Positions 30,901 to 42,707 of a stretch of DNA of 64,000 bases are shown in pieces. Location: positions 3,556,785 through 3,620,784 of the forward strand of contig CM119263.1 of the NCBI GenBank assembly GCA_051294375.1, written 5' to 3'. Position 1 is the stretch's first letter, and every line of letters starts with the position of its first letter. A program made the translations under genes and the position numbers. Under the pieces are notes generated by a model. The model was not told the origin of the DNA. It did not search any database and was given only the letters and a program-made list of their open reading frames with translations. The stretch is from Paraspadella gotoi. Taxonomy: Eukaryota > Animalia > Chaetognatha.

Positions 30901-33900
30901 GCGTAGTGACTGGAGCTGCTGCTCGTACTTCAGCGCCACAGTGGACAATCGCGCCATAAAAGACAAAGGAAGAATGACTACGATAGGGCCGGAAACAGTT
31001 CTTTTTTTAAAAAAAGAAGAAATGGGAACCTGTCCAGTGCATATTATATTATGGAGGAAATACTTTTTTTCCTTTATACTTATTTATAGAAAATTGTCTT
31101 GAAAAGACAGTAATTATTGTTATTGTTAGTGACAGAAAACCGTTCAATATAAGCGTCCCTGAGCTTCGATCAGGCCTGTAACACAGTTACAGGCGGGATT
31201 AAGCGCCCCGTCCTTTAACTCCAGAACGACCACCGGCTAAGAACCCGGACCATTCAGGTTGGGAGGCGATGATTGCCTCCAGGCACCAATGGCCGCTGAT
31301 GAACGGTTTGGTGATTTATAGATCCACATAGTCTGTTTTTAATAATTTTTTTTTTAATAATAAACTGAGTTTTATTAAGTTTTATAGCGTGCATAAACCT
31401 CAGAGCAAAATAAATTATGTAGGGTTTTTAGCTTATTAATAATTTTGAATCATGCATGAAATTATTTGTAATTTGTGCGAGAAAGAGCATAACAGATATT
31501 GAGAAATGATACGTTATAAGAGCTTGTTTCAAACGATGGTCTTGAATTGTATTATTACAAAATGGTCAAAAAATGGTTGAAATTTTATATTGTGATTTGG
31601 AGGAATCCAAACGCTCCGAATTATAAGTAAAAAAGTGATCCCATGCACTGTTAAAGAAAGCACAACCAGTCATGGAACTAACATGTACGTTGGACAATTG
31701 CTTCTATGGAATTTGGCAGAACAAATGATTTCCATTTTTAGCACAAATGTAGAAGAGGGTTTTTATAAATATTGCTAATGGCTATGTTCCAGCCAATGAG
31801 GCTTAATAATAATTAAGAATCATAAGTAGCAATAAAAACTACCGCCGTTAAATGTTCGCAATAACTTATAGCTCATATAAAAAGTAAGAAGACGATCGAT
31901 CGTGTTTACCCTCAGGCGATAGGAAATAGAAAGCATTAAGGATTAAATCGCAAGTGATTAGCAAAACTTTTTAAGCTCTTTTATTTGTTTTTTCTATTGG
32001 TTCACATTGAATGTCACAATATGAAAAGATTATCATTTTGGCCAATGTTTTATCTTTGTTTTGTAAATAATACGTAGAAAAATTTATATGCAAAAAAAAA
32101 AACAACTAAAAATACTCTTATAAAATAATCAAACTTTCAATATGGACCCGCGCTATAATATATATCATCATCTCTTAACTAAACGGTTATTTCGGTGATT
32201 TTGTTTTAATATTTGTGAAAGCTGAAAAATATATCATTGTGATAATCGAGAAGAAAAAGACAATGTAAACAAAGAAAGTACGTTTATTTGAGTATAAAAC
32301 TGAATTGATATCGTTAAAAACGGAAAATATTTGATACCTTAGATTAATGAATGAAAATTCCCCTAGTGGTTGTGAAGAAGAACTTACCTCCTAGGAGAAA
32401 CTGTGGCATAGATCCCTTTGAAGGTATCAATTACATCTACCACCCCTGTGGCACTCCTGTAGGGTAAGAAATATATAAATATATAATACATTTAGTGAAT
32501 AAACGATTTTAGAAATTCATTGAGCTCACCTGTTTGAATCCTCTAACACATGACTTTTAACTCCTCTTCGAGAATTTGGTGGCAGGCGGCAAAGTATGGT
32601 CCAACGCTTCTGGTTAAAGCGGACGCTCTGCGCTGTCAACTCGCTGAAGTCGGGATCTGGGGGGTGAGAAAAAGGGGTGGGAGAGGGGGGTGGAGGAGGG
32701 ATCGTGCGTGAGTTAAAGAGAGAGTTTGACCGTATGCGGTATTGGGTAAGAATGCCTGATATCGATAAATGACGTTGGATAAGTTCGGGGAAATTGAAGG
32801 TGAGGTCAATGCAGGGTGAGGACAACTGATTAATTTGGGGAAGGGTCGATCGAGCTGGAATTAATAGCGCGTAAAAACCCACCAAAGACATTGTCTCGAT
32901 TAATATTTAACTAATAAATTGCAAAATTCTAAAAAAAAAAATATTTTCTATAGACTGTTTAAATGATATAATTGTTAATACGCTGCTTGAAAGATTCGAC
33001 GGTACAAGAGACAATTTAGTTATGAGAAAAAACACAAATCGGACAGAAAAAGCGACCAAACATATTTATTCCAATTTATTACAACGAATTGTCATCTAAA
33101 ATATTTGTTTGGCAAAAAACCTGAGTTTCCCTAACCTGGTCATTGACCCTTGCTTTGATCCAGGATCAGAAAAAGTTGTTTTACTTGCGTTCCATTCCAT
33201 TTCCTTACAGTCCTTTAGGTTTCATTTTTAGTTAATTAATGTTGGGGTTATGTCACGAGAAGTAATTTACAAATAAGTATTTTATATATAAAATTATTTA
33301 AAATCAAAGTTTGTTGTAAATCAAAAGGCAATAGAAAAATTTTAAAAATGCTTCCTCCGCTAACTTTACGAACCTGTAGCGGATAGTTAATTGTAATAAT
33401 AAAAAACTATTTGACAAGCTTTTATTCTTTTTCTCTCTAGCTTATTCAGACTCGTTAGTTACTAAATAATGTTATTTCGTAATCATTATATTTAAATAGG
33501 CGTCGTAGGAAATTGATCACGGAGATCGTAAGCGATTTCCCAATCGCTGTTCATTTCGTCCAGCGTCACCTGCAGAATTCTTTCGGTTGGACAGGCCTTG
33601 GAATTGATTTGTTGTCATTTGTTTTTGAGTTGCGGAGTTTTTGTGAGTTGGCGGCGCCGGATCCGCCGCTGGGCGGCAGTTGTGGTTGGAACGGAATGGT
33701 GGGACGCGAAGGAGCCGACGACAATGCCGCCATTTTATTTGTTCGTAAATAATTTAGTTTCGAAGGAGTTCAAAGTTTTTGTTTTGAATAATATCACTTT
33801 TATATTTTTAATTTCTTTTCATCAAGTTGTTTTAAATTAACGATTAGTGGAATTTAAGTCCGGGATGACTCAATTCAAATTATAAATTAGGCTATAAAAA

Positions 33901-35190
33901 CGAGCTCGGATTTTGAAAGGAGAGCTCCTGACGATTCCGAAAATGTATTCACTTTACTATTTTTTCAAATGCGTCATCCTTTTTCGATTTTTTTTGTACT
34001 ATATAAATAAAGAAACCTATTTGAGAGTTGCAGCCCAAACGGTAAAGGCGGTTTTTCATGAAATTTGCGATGGATTACTTATTAAGGTGACGAAACTCCA
34101 ATTCTATGAAAAATACTTTCAAAATTTGCCTTCCTTCATATAAGAATGAGAATGTTTAATCTATTTTGGGTTAATTTCCTGATATGCTTTGAAACGAAAA
34201 AACATTTTTTTCAAAAACGCGCTCATAGAATTTCCCCACCTTTCCTTTCTTGCCACAAGATATTTTTTTCTTCAAGAAAAGATCCCAACGGTTTGAGCTG
34301 CACTCTTCGTTTTTAAACTTCACTTCGTCAAAGAAAGTTAAATTCTGACTCATTAAAACTCATTTAAAACTTACATAAAGTTAAAAAGTCAAATTGAAAT
34401 AAATTCGAAAGTTTTTATAACTCATAAAAATCATTAAAATCGGAAAATGTAGTAGTTTATTTTTAGACTTATAGTGATACAACTCCAAGTATGTTACTTT
34501 TTACCAAAGGAAAGAATTAAATATAAGAAGTTAGAATTAGGCTTACTGTTAAGAATCAGGTTCTTAAGTTAAAAATTTAGTTATAGAAATTTAACTTACA
34601 TATAAAAAATATTTTTTCCTCTTGAAAACTCTAGTTTTACCGAAGAAAAAAATTATGTTAAATTTTTGAGAAACATTTTATGTAGAATTTTAAAAGTGTT
34701 TCTATTATTTTCATAGAAAAACCTCTTTACAAGATAAGAGAAAATGATTAAGATACAGTAATATTAAGTTATCTACAATTTTAGAATTGAGAGTGAAATG
34801 CCCTGCCTTAGAAACACAAATTAGTTCTCTTTGAACTGACGAAAATGTTCAAATCAGAGGAAACTGAATTTCTCAATTTTATTAGTTCGAAATTGTTTAA
34901 TCCAAGGAACTATATTGGGCAGAGAATATTTTGTTTCTTTTCTAAAAATGTAATTTTAAAAAATAGATTTCGTTAATTAATGTTTTTTTGAAACTCTGCC
35001 ATCACACCCAGTTAATTTTCTATCATTATCCGTCATTGGCCGTCATTAAGCCATCATTCTACAGTCATTCGGAAGTTAGTTTTTGAGACATTCACAAGTC
35101 ATTTACAGTCATTCAGAGTCATTCACTGCCTTCATTCACACAGTTCCCTACTGTGTCTTTCTAGAATCGCAGTGGCCTGGGTGATCCATG
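27990..35190 (+). repeat. Direct, indel-rich duplicate of 20707-27965 carrying a broken second copy of the KChIP exons (probable assembly/haplotype artefact)
   Basis: Collinear with 20707-27965 throughout, with 1-2 bp indels every few tens of bases that affect exons and introns equally; N gaps lie nearby. Confidence 0.85.
33858..34807. mobile_element. ~950-bp non-autonomous DNA transposon inserted at a TTAA site (Kolobok/piggyBac-like target)
   Basis: Absent from the matching empty site at ~27600-27620 (tagttgaTTAAaacaaattag). Left flank ttaa 33854-33857, right flank ttaga. Imperfect TIRs share ctcaattc/gaattgag. Confidence 0.5.
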
Positions 35191-35239
35191 ATAGAGGAGC
35201 GTGAGATAGGAGAAGAAGAGAGAGACGAAGACAATGAAG

Positions 35240-35289
<50 letters not shown>

Positions 35290-37113
35290 NNNNNNNNNNN
35301 NNNNNNNNNNNNNNAGAGAGAGAGAGAGGCCAAGAGGATTCATCGCGGTTTTATGGTTTCGTTTCCCCATCAGTGAAGATAAACGAACGTCTTGTAAATA
35401 AGACGCGTTACTTCAGACGTACAAGATTGTATGTACAGTATACAACGATATATATAAATGATATTATGTCCGTATGAGGACTTTTTTTGCTTTGTGAATT
35501 GTACCGATTCAACAGCCTTACATTTGTCAATTTTGTTTCAAACTTTTATCCAAAATTATTAAAAGTCATCATTTGTTCACGATTTATTTAATTAAAATGA
35601 CAAAAGTTATTACAAGAAAAGTTAAGCGATTTTAAATGTTAAGAAAATGATCGAGGTCGCGCTTTACAAGCAGAAGGCGATGATTAAGAAGAGGTCAATG
35701 CTTTCCAAGCTTTGGAGTCGACGGTGTTGTAATCCAAGCAAAGGGCGCCATGACGTCTCTTTCGTCGACGAGCGATAAAAATCGATGCCAAATTTCGTTT
35801 CATGCTGCCCCCTGTTGCGGCCGTCGTTGTTGTCGTCGTTGTCGTCGTCGTTGTCGTAGTCGCCGTTGTTGTTATCGTCGTCGTCATCGAGTTGTCGTCG
35901 TCGTTTTCGTCGTCGTTGTCGTTGTCGTTGTCGTCACTGTGTCGTTGTAGTTGGTGCTAAAATCTTACCCTTACGTCAACGGCCTCTAGGGGCGATTGGA
36001 GTTTTGAAGGAAAGGAAACGCGACAGCAGAGAAGGAAAAAGAAAGAAGGAGGAAATTCAAATTGGAAAGAAAAAAGAAAGAAAGGAGAAAAAAAAAGAGA
36101 AAGAAAGATGTAAACATAAAGAATAAAAAGAAAAGAAAAAAATGGTAAAAAAAGAAGAGAAATTAGAATTGTATATAAAAGGAAAGGAAGGAAAGGGGAG
36201 AAAAATAAGAGAAGGAAAGGCTTGAAAATAAACAAAAGAAAAAGAAAAAAATAAGGAGGGTAAGTAGAAAAAGAAAGGAAAGTGAAAAGAAAAAACCAAA
36301 AAGAAAAAAATAGGGAAAGAAAAAGAAAAAAAAAGAGAGAGAGAGGAAATTAAGAAAGATTTTAAACGAGAGCAAAATTCCTTGGGGCGAAAAAATGAGA
36401 TAAGAAACAAAAGAATCTTAACGACGAATCTTCAAAGTTGCGACTTTGAAAAACATTTTCTTATGGGTTGGGACCCGCAAAGCAATGATAGAGAAACAAA
36501 ATGAAATGAAGGGAAAAAAGGAGAGAAGGGAAAAGAGAAAGAAAAAATAAAAAAGAGAAAAAGAGAAAAAGAAAAAAAGGAAAAAAAAGAAAAAGAAAAA
36601 AAGCGAAAAAGAAAAAGAAAATAAGAGAAAAAGAAAAAGAAAATAAGAGAAAAAGAAATATTGTGAAGATATCGAATATATGAAACGTTTATTGACTTAG
36701 TTGGTGAGGATTCAATAGAAAACTAAAACATGCCTCGCAAAACTCTAGGAAATTGAGGCAGAAGAAAGAGACACTGATACTACTTATCAAAAATGTCCTT
36801 ATTGAGAGAGAAAGAGTTGATCCTAACATATTTTACAAAAGAAAAAAAGAAAAAGAGAAAAATTTAAAAAGTGAAAAAGAGAAAAAATCAACTGAAAAAT
36901 ACCAAATTAAAATATAGAAAGAAAAATAATTAAAGAGTTAAACAATTTGCTAAAGAAAACCAAAAGAAAAAAAAAAGAAAAAAAAGTGGCCCAAGCCAAA
37001 GAATCTCTAGTGTGAAGCCAAAAAGGAGTCGACCAAAAGCGAAAAGAAAAAGCGATTGTTCGAGCAGAGGAATTTCGCTTAAGGGGTCTTTCAATGAAAC
37101 TGTGAGCGAATGT

Positions 37114-37151
<38 letters not shown>

Positions 37152-37207
37152 GAGAGGGAGAGAGAGAGATGAGAGAGAGGAGAGAGAGAGAGAGACGAGA
37201 GAGAGGG

Positions 37208-37239
<32 letters not shown>

Positions 37240-38989
37240 GAGAGAGAGAGAGGAGAGGAGAGGAGAAGGGAAGGATGGGAATGAGAGATTCTGAGGAGGA
37301 AGAAAGGAACAGGAATGGGAGTGAAGAAGGAGAGAGGACAAGAAAGTAAAAATAAATGAGAACAAAGAATCAGCAAAAGAATAATATTTAAAAGATCAGA
37401 AAACACAACGGAACACGAGAAGAAATAGAAGAGAAAATAAGAGAGAGAGAAAGAAAGAAAAGAATAAGCAAAAAAAAAGAACAAGACAAGACAAAGAAAA
37501 GGAAAGAAGAAAGAAAGAATCACGAAAGACATACCAGAAAGAAAGAAAGAAAAACAAGAAAGATAAAAAGAAAGAAAGAAAAAGCGTCTCGCATGATTGC
37601 TTCAAAAAGGTGTCTACATATTGGAGAGAGGTAAATATGAAGTGAATTAGTGACAGTTAAATTACAAATGTGAAAAGTGTAGGAAAGTTGAAAGTAGAGA
37701 ACCGAGAAAAAGTGACAAGCTTACGTTACGCCGCTGTTAACTCAAACTTTTATTAAATAAATCACTCCTCTATAACAAATTCATCTCATATTTTTACCTT
37801 TTTGGTTGTTGAACGAATTTTCAACACTAGCAGATTCAATAATGTAATCAACAAATGAAAAATTATACGACGTTCGGCCGTGCGGTTTCCAATCCCCAAT
37901 CGATTCATTCTGTTTTCTACTAATATGTATTTAATAAAATTTACAATTAGTTTTTATAAGTAAATGTCTAGTCGTTTTTCATCTTCAGTGTAGTAAAATT
38001 TAAACACACAAAAGTACATATCATAACAAGTTTCATGATCCCTCGTGCAAAGAGTAAATTAATCATCGTTTTATTTAAAAAAGCTTATAGTGTCTTCAAA
38101 CCCTATTGTTTTTCAACTTAAAAAAATTTTTAATTTAATAAAAAATTCAAATTTGGCTTAAAAGAAGTTAAGAAAGTTTAAAAAAAGTTGAGAAAAGAAG
38201 AAGGTTGAGAAATGGCTATTGTAAGCTGAGGAAAGAAATGCAGTAGGGCATGAATATACTGAAAATACTCTCTAATGATGACGACGAAAAAAGACGCGGT
38301 GTCACCCTTGCCAGAAAAGCGTTGCATTGTGTTGTCGATCGTCGTCGTCGTCGTCGTCGTCGTCGTTATCGTTTTAGTTTTTCTTAATTGTCGGTTTTTT
38401 ATATTTGTTTAGTTTTAAAAGTTTTTCTTTTTAGATTTCGGAGTTTATGCGAACAGTCCACTCTCTAGCCACGTACAGTCGATGTGAGACATAAGGTGAA
38501 GTTAACGAGTATCACTTCTATCACTTTTTTCATCTTAAACTTCGGCCCAACATTTTTTTATCTCACAAGACGCCCGACTCTTTCAATTTAAATTTGCCAT
38601 TAAAACGCGCCATCTCCATTCCAACGATATCTTCATGTCATCAGACAGCCACCAACGCCCCGGACCGGACAATCCACTTCTCCTCACGCCATCCATTTCC
38701 ATCCATTTCCATCCAGCGCCATCAGCGCCATTCGATTAAGGATATGTCGTCCGATTCAACCGGAAGAAAAAACAAGATTCGGATGAGAGAAAAAAAGTAC
38801 GAAAGACGCGAATCACGTGACGACGCGCTCCGAGGACGAGGCGAACGAAACTCGACGGCGGCAATCAGAGAAGAGGCTTTGCGCGTCGGCCAATCAGCAT
38901 ACGAATTGAGATGATCTCCTCCCGTCGGTCCGAAACTATCGCTGCATCGCTTCTCTCTTCTTCCTCTCTCTCTCTCATCTCTCTCCCGT

Positions 38990-39022
<33 letters not shown>

Positions 39023-39208
39023 ACTCTTTCTCTCTCTCTCTCTCTCTCTCTCCTCCTCTGCTACTCCTCTGTACTATTAGTTTGCCGGGTCTGTCTGTTC
39101 GTCGTTTATTCTCATCATACCATGAGATACATTATGCGTGTTGTTCACTCCACTCGCATCACTTACAAACAGTATCCACATCATCGACCACGAAAAATTC
39201 AATTTTCT

Positions 39209-39280
<72 letters not shown>

Positions 39281-39409
39281 CCTCTCTCTCTCTCTCCGGC
39301 TTTTCTCTCGTTCATAGTAGTTTAAGTCTCTTCAGTGACTGTCCCTCGGTTATTATGGCATCACAATCTACTTTTATGTTTGTANNNNNNNNNNNNNNNN
39401 NNNNNNNNN

Positions 39410-39611
39410 AGAGAGAGGGAAGGATGGGAATGAGAGATTCTGAGGGAGGAAGAAAGGAAAGGAATGGAGAGTGAAGAAGGAGAGAGAAAGAAAGAAAATA
39501 AATGAGAACAAAAGAATCAGGCAAAAAGAAATAATTTAAAAAGACAGAAACACAAAGGAACAGAGAAATAGACGAGAAAATAAAGAGAGAGAGAAAGAAA
39601 GAAAGAAAAAA

Positions 39612-39675
<64 letters not shown>

Positions 39676-41114
39676 GAGAAAGAAAAAAAGAAAGAAAGAG
39701 AGAAAGAAAAAAAGAAAGAAAGAAAGAAAGAAAGAAAAAGTCTCGATGATTGTTCAAAAAAGGTTTCAATGGAGAGAGGAAATATGAAGTGAATAGTGAC
39801 AGTTAAATACAAATGTGAAAGTGAGAAAGTGAAAGAGAGAACGGAGAAGAGTGAAAGTTAGTTACGCCGCTGTTAAATTCAAATTTTATTAAATAAATCA
39901 CTCTCTATTAACAAATTCATCTCAATTTTTACCTTTTTTGGTTGTTAACGAATTTTAAACATAGACGATAAATAATTAAAACAAATGAAAAATTAATCGA
40001 CGTTCGCCGTGCGGTTTCCATCCCCAATCGATTCAATTTCTGTTTTCTACTAATATGTATTTTTAATAAAATTTAAATTATGTTTTATAATGTTAAAATG
40101 TCTAGTCGTTTTTCAGCTTCAGTGTAGTAAAATTTAACACACAAAAATACATATCATAAAGTTTTCATGATCCCCTCGGAAAGAGTAAATTAATCATCGT
40201 TTTATTAAAAAAAGCTTAAGTGTCTTCAACCTAATTTTTTTCACTTAAAAAAATTTTAATTTAATTAAAAAATTCAAAATTTGGTTAAAAAAAGTTAAAA
40301 AGTTAAAAAAAGTTGAGAAAAGAAGAAGGTTGAGAAAGGCATTGAGCTGAGGAGAGAATCAGTAGGGCATGGAATACTGAAAATACTCTTTCTAATGATG
40401 ACGACGAAAAAAGACGCGGTGTCTCACCCTCCAGAAAAGGTTGCATTGTGTTGTCGTCGTCGTCGTCGTCGTCGTCGTCGTTATCGTTTTAGTTTTTCTT
40501 AATTTGTCGGTTTTGTTATATTTGTTAGTTTTTAAAAGTTTTTTTTTAGATTTCGGAGTTTAGCGAAGTCCACTCTCACAGGTCGATTGTGAGACATAAG
40601 GTGAAGTTAACGAGTATCACTCTATCACTTTTTCATCTTAAACTTCGCCCAACATTTTTTTTATTCAAAGACGCCCGCTCTTTCAATTTAAATTTTGCCA
40701 TTAAACGCCGCCAATCTCCATCCAACGATATCTTATGTCATCAGACGCCACCAAACGCCCCCGGACGACAATCCACTTCTCCCACGCCATCCATTTTCCA
40801 TCCATTTTCCATCCAGCGCCATCCAGCGCCATTCGATAAGGTATGTCGTCCGATTCAACGGAAAAAAAAGATTCGATGAGAAAAAAAGACGAAAGACGCG
40901 AATCACGTGACGACGCGTCCGAGGACGAGGCGACGAAATCGACGGACCAATCAGAGAAGAGGCTTTGCGTCGGCCAATCAGCATGACGAATTGAGATGAC
41001 TCCTCCCGTCGGTCCGAATTCATCCTTGCCGTCATCGCTTCTCTCTTCTCCTCTCCGTCCTCTCTCTTCATCTCTCTCGCGTCTCTCTCTCTCTCTCTCT
41101 CTCCTCTACTCTCT

Positions 41115-41156
<42 letters not shown>

Positions 41157-41301
41157 GTATCCTACTTAGTTGTGCCGGGTCTGTCTGTTCGCGTTATTCT
41201 GACATACCATGAGATACATTATGCTGTCGTTGTTCACTCCAACTCGATTCACCTTAAAAAAGATTCCTCACATCATCGACCATGAAAAATTCAATTTCTT
41301 T

Positions 41302-41368
<67 letters not shown>

Positions 41369-41475
41369 GCCTCCTCTCTCTCTCTCTCCGGTTTTCTCTC
41401 GTTCTAGTAGTGTTAAAGATTCTTCAGTGACTCGTCCCTCGGTTATGTATGGCATACAATCTACGTTTTATGTTT
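39410..41475 (+). repeat. Direct duplicate of 37260-39383 across an N gap (probable artefact)
   Basis: Collinear with scattered small indels; the copies are separated by a short N gap at ~39384-39409. Confidence 0.85.
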
Positions 41476-41699
41476 GTATTTTGTGCACTTTAACATTTTT
41501 AAAAAAATTAATAACTTGTTATATTTATCAGGTTTCAAATCATTTTTTATCACTTAAATTCAGTTGGACGTTTCAAGTTATGGACTAAGCTAAATTTCAG
41601 TATTTACTTAATACTGAATGATGAAATAAAAAATAGTTTAGAAAATATATGATTGTAAAATATACGAAAACAATCTTTAATAGACATAAAGACTCGAGC

Positions 41700-41950
41700 C
41701 GCTTTCGATAGTAACCAAATATTGAGTGCCCGATGAGTAACGAAATATTGATGCGATGATAACCAAATATTGACGCGAAATGATAAACCAATAAATTTGA
41801 TGCGATGATAACAAAATGACTGAGTGGATGATAATCAAATGATTGATGCGATGATAGTCATTCATTGATATGATGATAATCATTCATTGATACGATGATA
41901 GTCATTCATTTGATGCGATGATAGTGATTTCATTGACGCGCTGAATCATT
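41700..41950 (+). repeat. Degenerate ~21-bp minisatellite (tgatgcgatgatagtcattcat-like)
   Basis: Repeated gatgcgatgata(a/g) units; a second copy lies at ~47350-47590. Confidence 0.7.
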
Positions 41951-42707
41951 CATCGTAAATAAAACAAACAAAGTGCGTGTATAGTGAAAGAGAGAGAGAG
42001 AGAGAATGATGAGAGAAGAGAGAGAGAGAAGAGAGAGAAGAGAGAGAGAGAGGGCGTAACATGGACAGTATTTTCCCCGCCAACGAATACGCATTATTAA
42101 GGAGTCTCTCTCGTTTATAATAAAAGAATAATGCAGATAAATATTTTTAGAAAAAAAATCCACGAAAATCTCGCCTGATTGTTAGTAAATTAGTGTGATT
42201 TTGTGATTATGAGAAAAAAGCGCGGAATAAACTTCGTGATGCGTATAAATAAAGAGGTTGGTTTTAGATAGGAAAAAAAAGAGAGACCTTTTCGAAGTAG
42301 TCAGGTCCTTTAAACATAGCAGTGCACCTTTGACCAACAATAACTGCGAAGAGGTACCGAGATCTTTCTTGGGGCATACTTAAGGAGCTCGGGCAAGAGA
42401 AACTTCCCTCAAGATATAAAACTTGCATATCCGACCAGTGCGCATTTGGTGGAGAGAGGAGGAGGACCGAGAGACGGAGAGACGGATATAGAACGATGAT
42501 GGTAGGAATATGGATTGTTTTGAGGCGACTACTCTGTCCTATTAGATTCTGCTTGAAGCATTGTTGAGAGATCGCTTTTTAAGGATCTTCGAGAGGCTTT
42601 GACAGTGCGGAGAGACCGCAAGCCAGGCCGGAGAGCGACAGACTGGAAAGAAAAAAAGCGTCCTAAGAAAAAAGTAAAGGAGNNNNNNNNNNNNNNNNNN
42701 NNNNNNN

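Noticed and set aside
28795-32655. Second KChIP gene or pseudogene
   Set aside because: Uniform indel noise points to an uncorrected read rather than a real paralogue.
35640-35890. Hydrophobic stretch LESIDLFLIIAFCL as a KChIP4a-like transmembrane first exon
   Set aside because: No in-frame ATG, it needs a frameshift, and there is no phase-compatible donor.
41700-41950. CRISPR-like spaced repeats
   Set aside because: Eukaryotic context, degenerate tandem units without unique spacers, and no cas genes.
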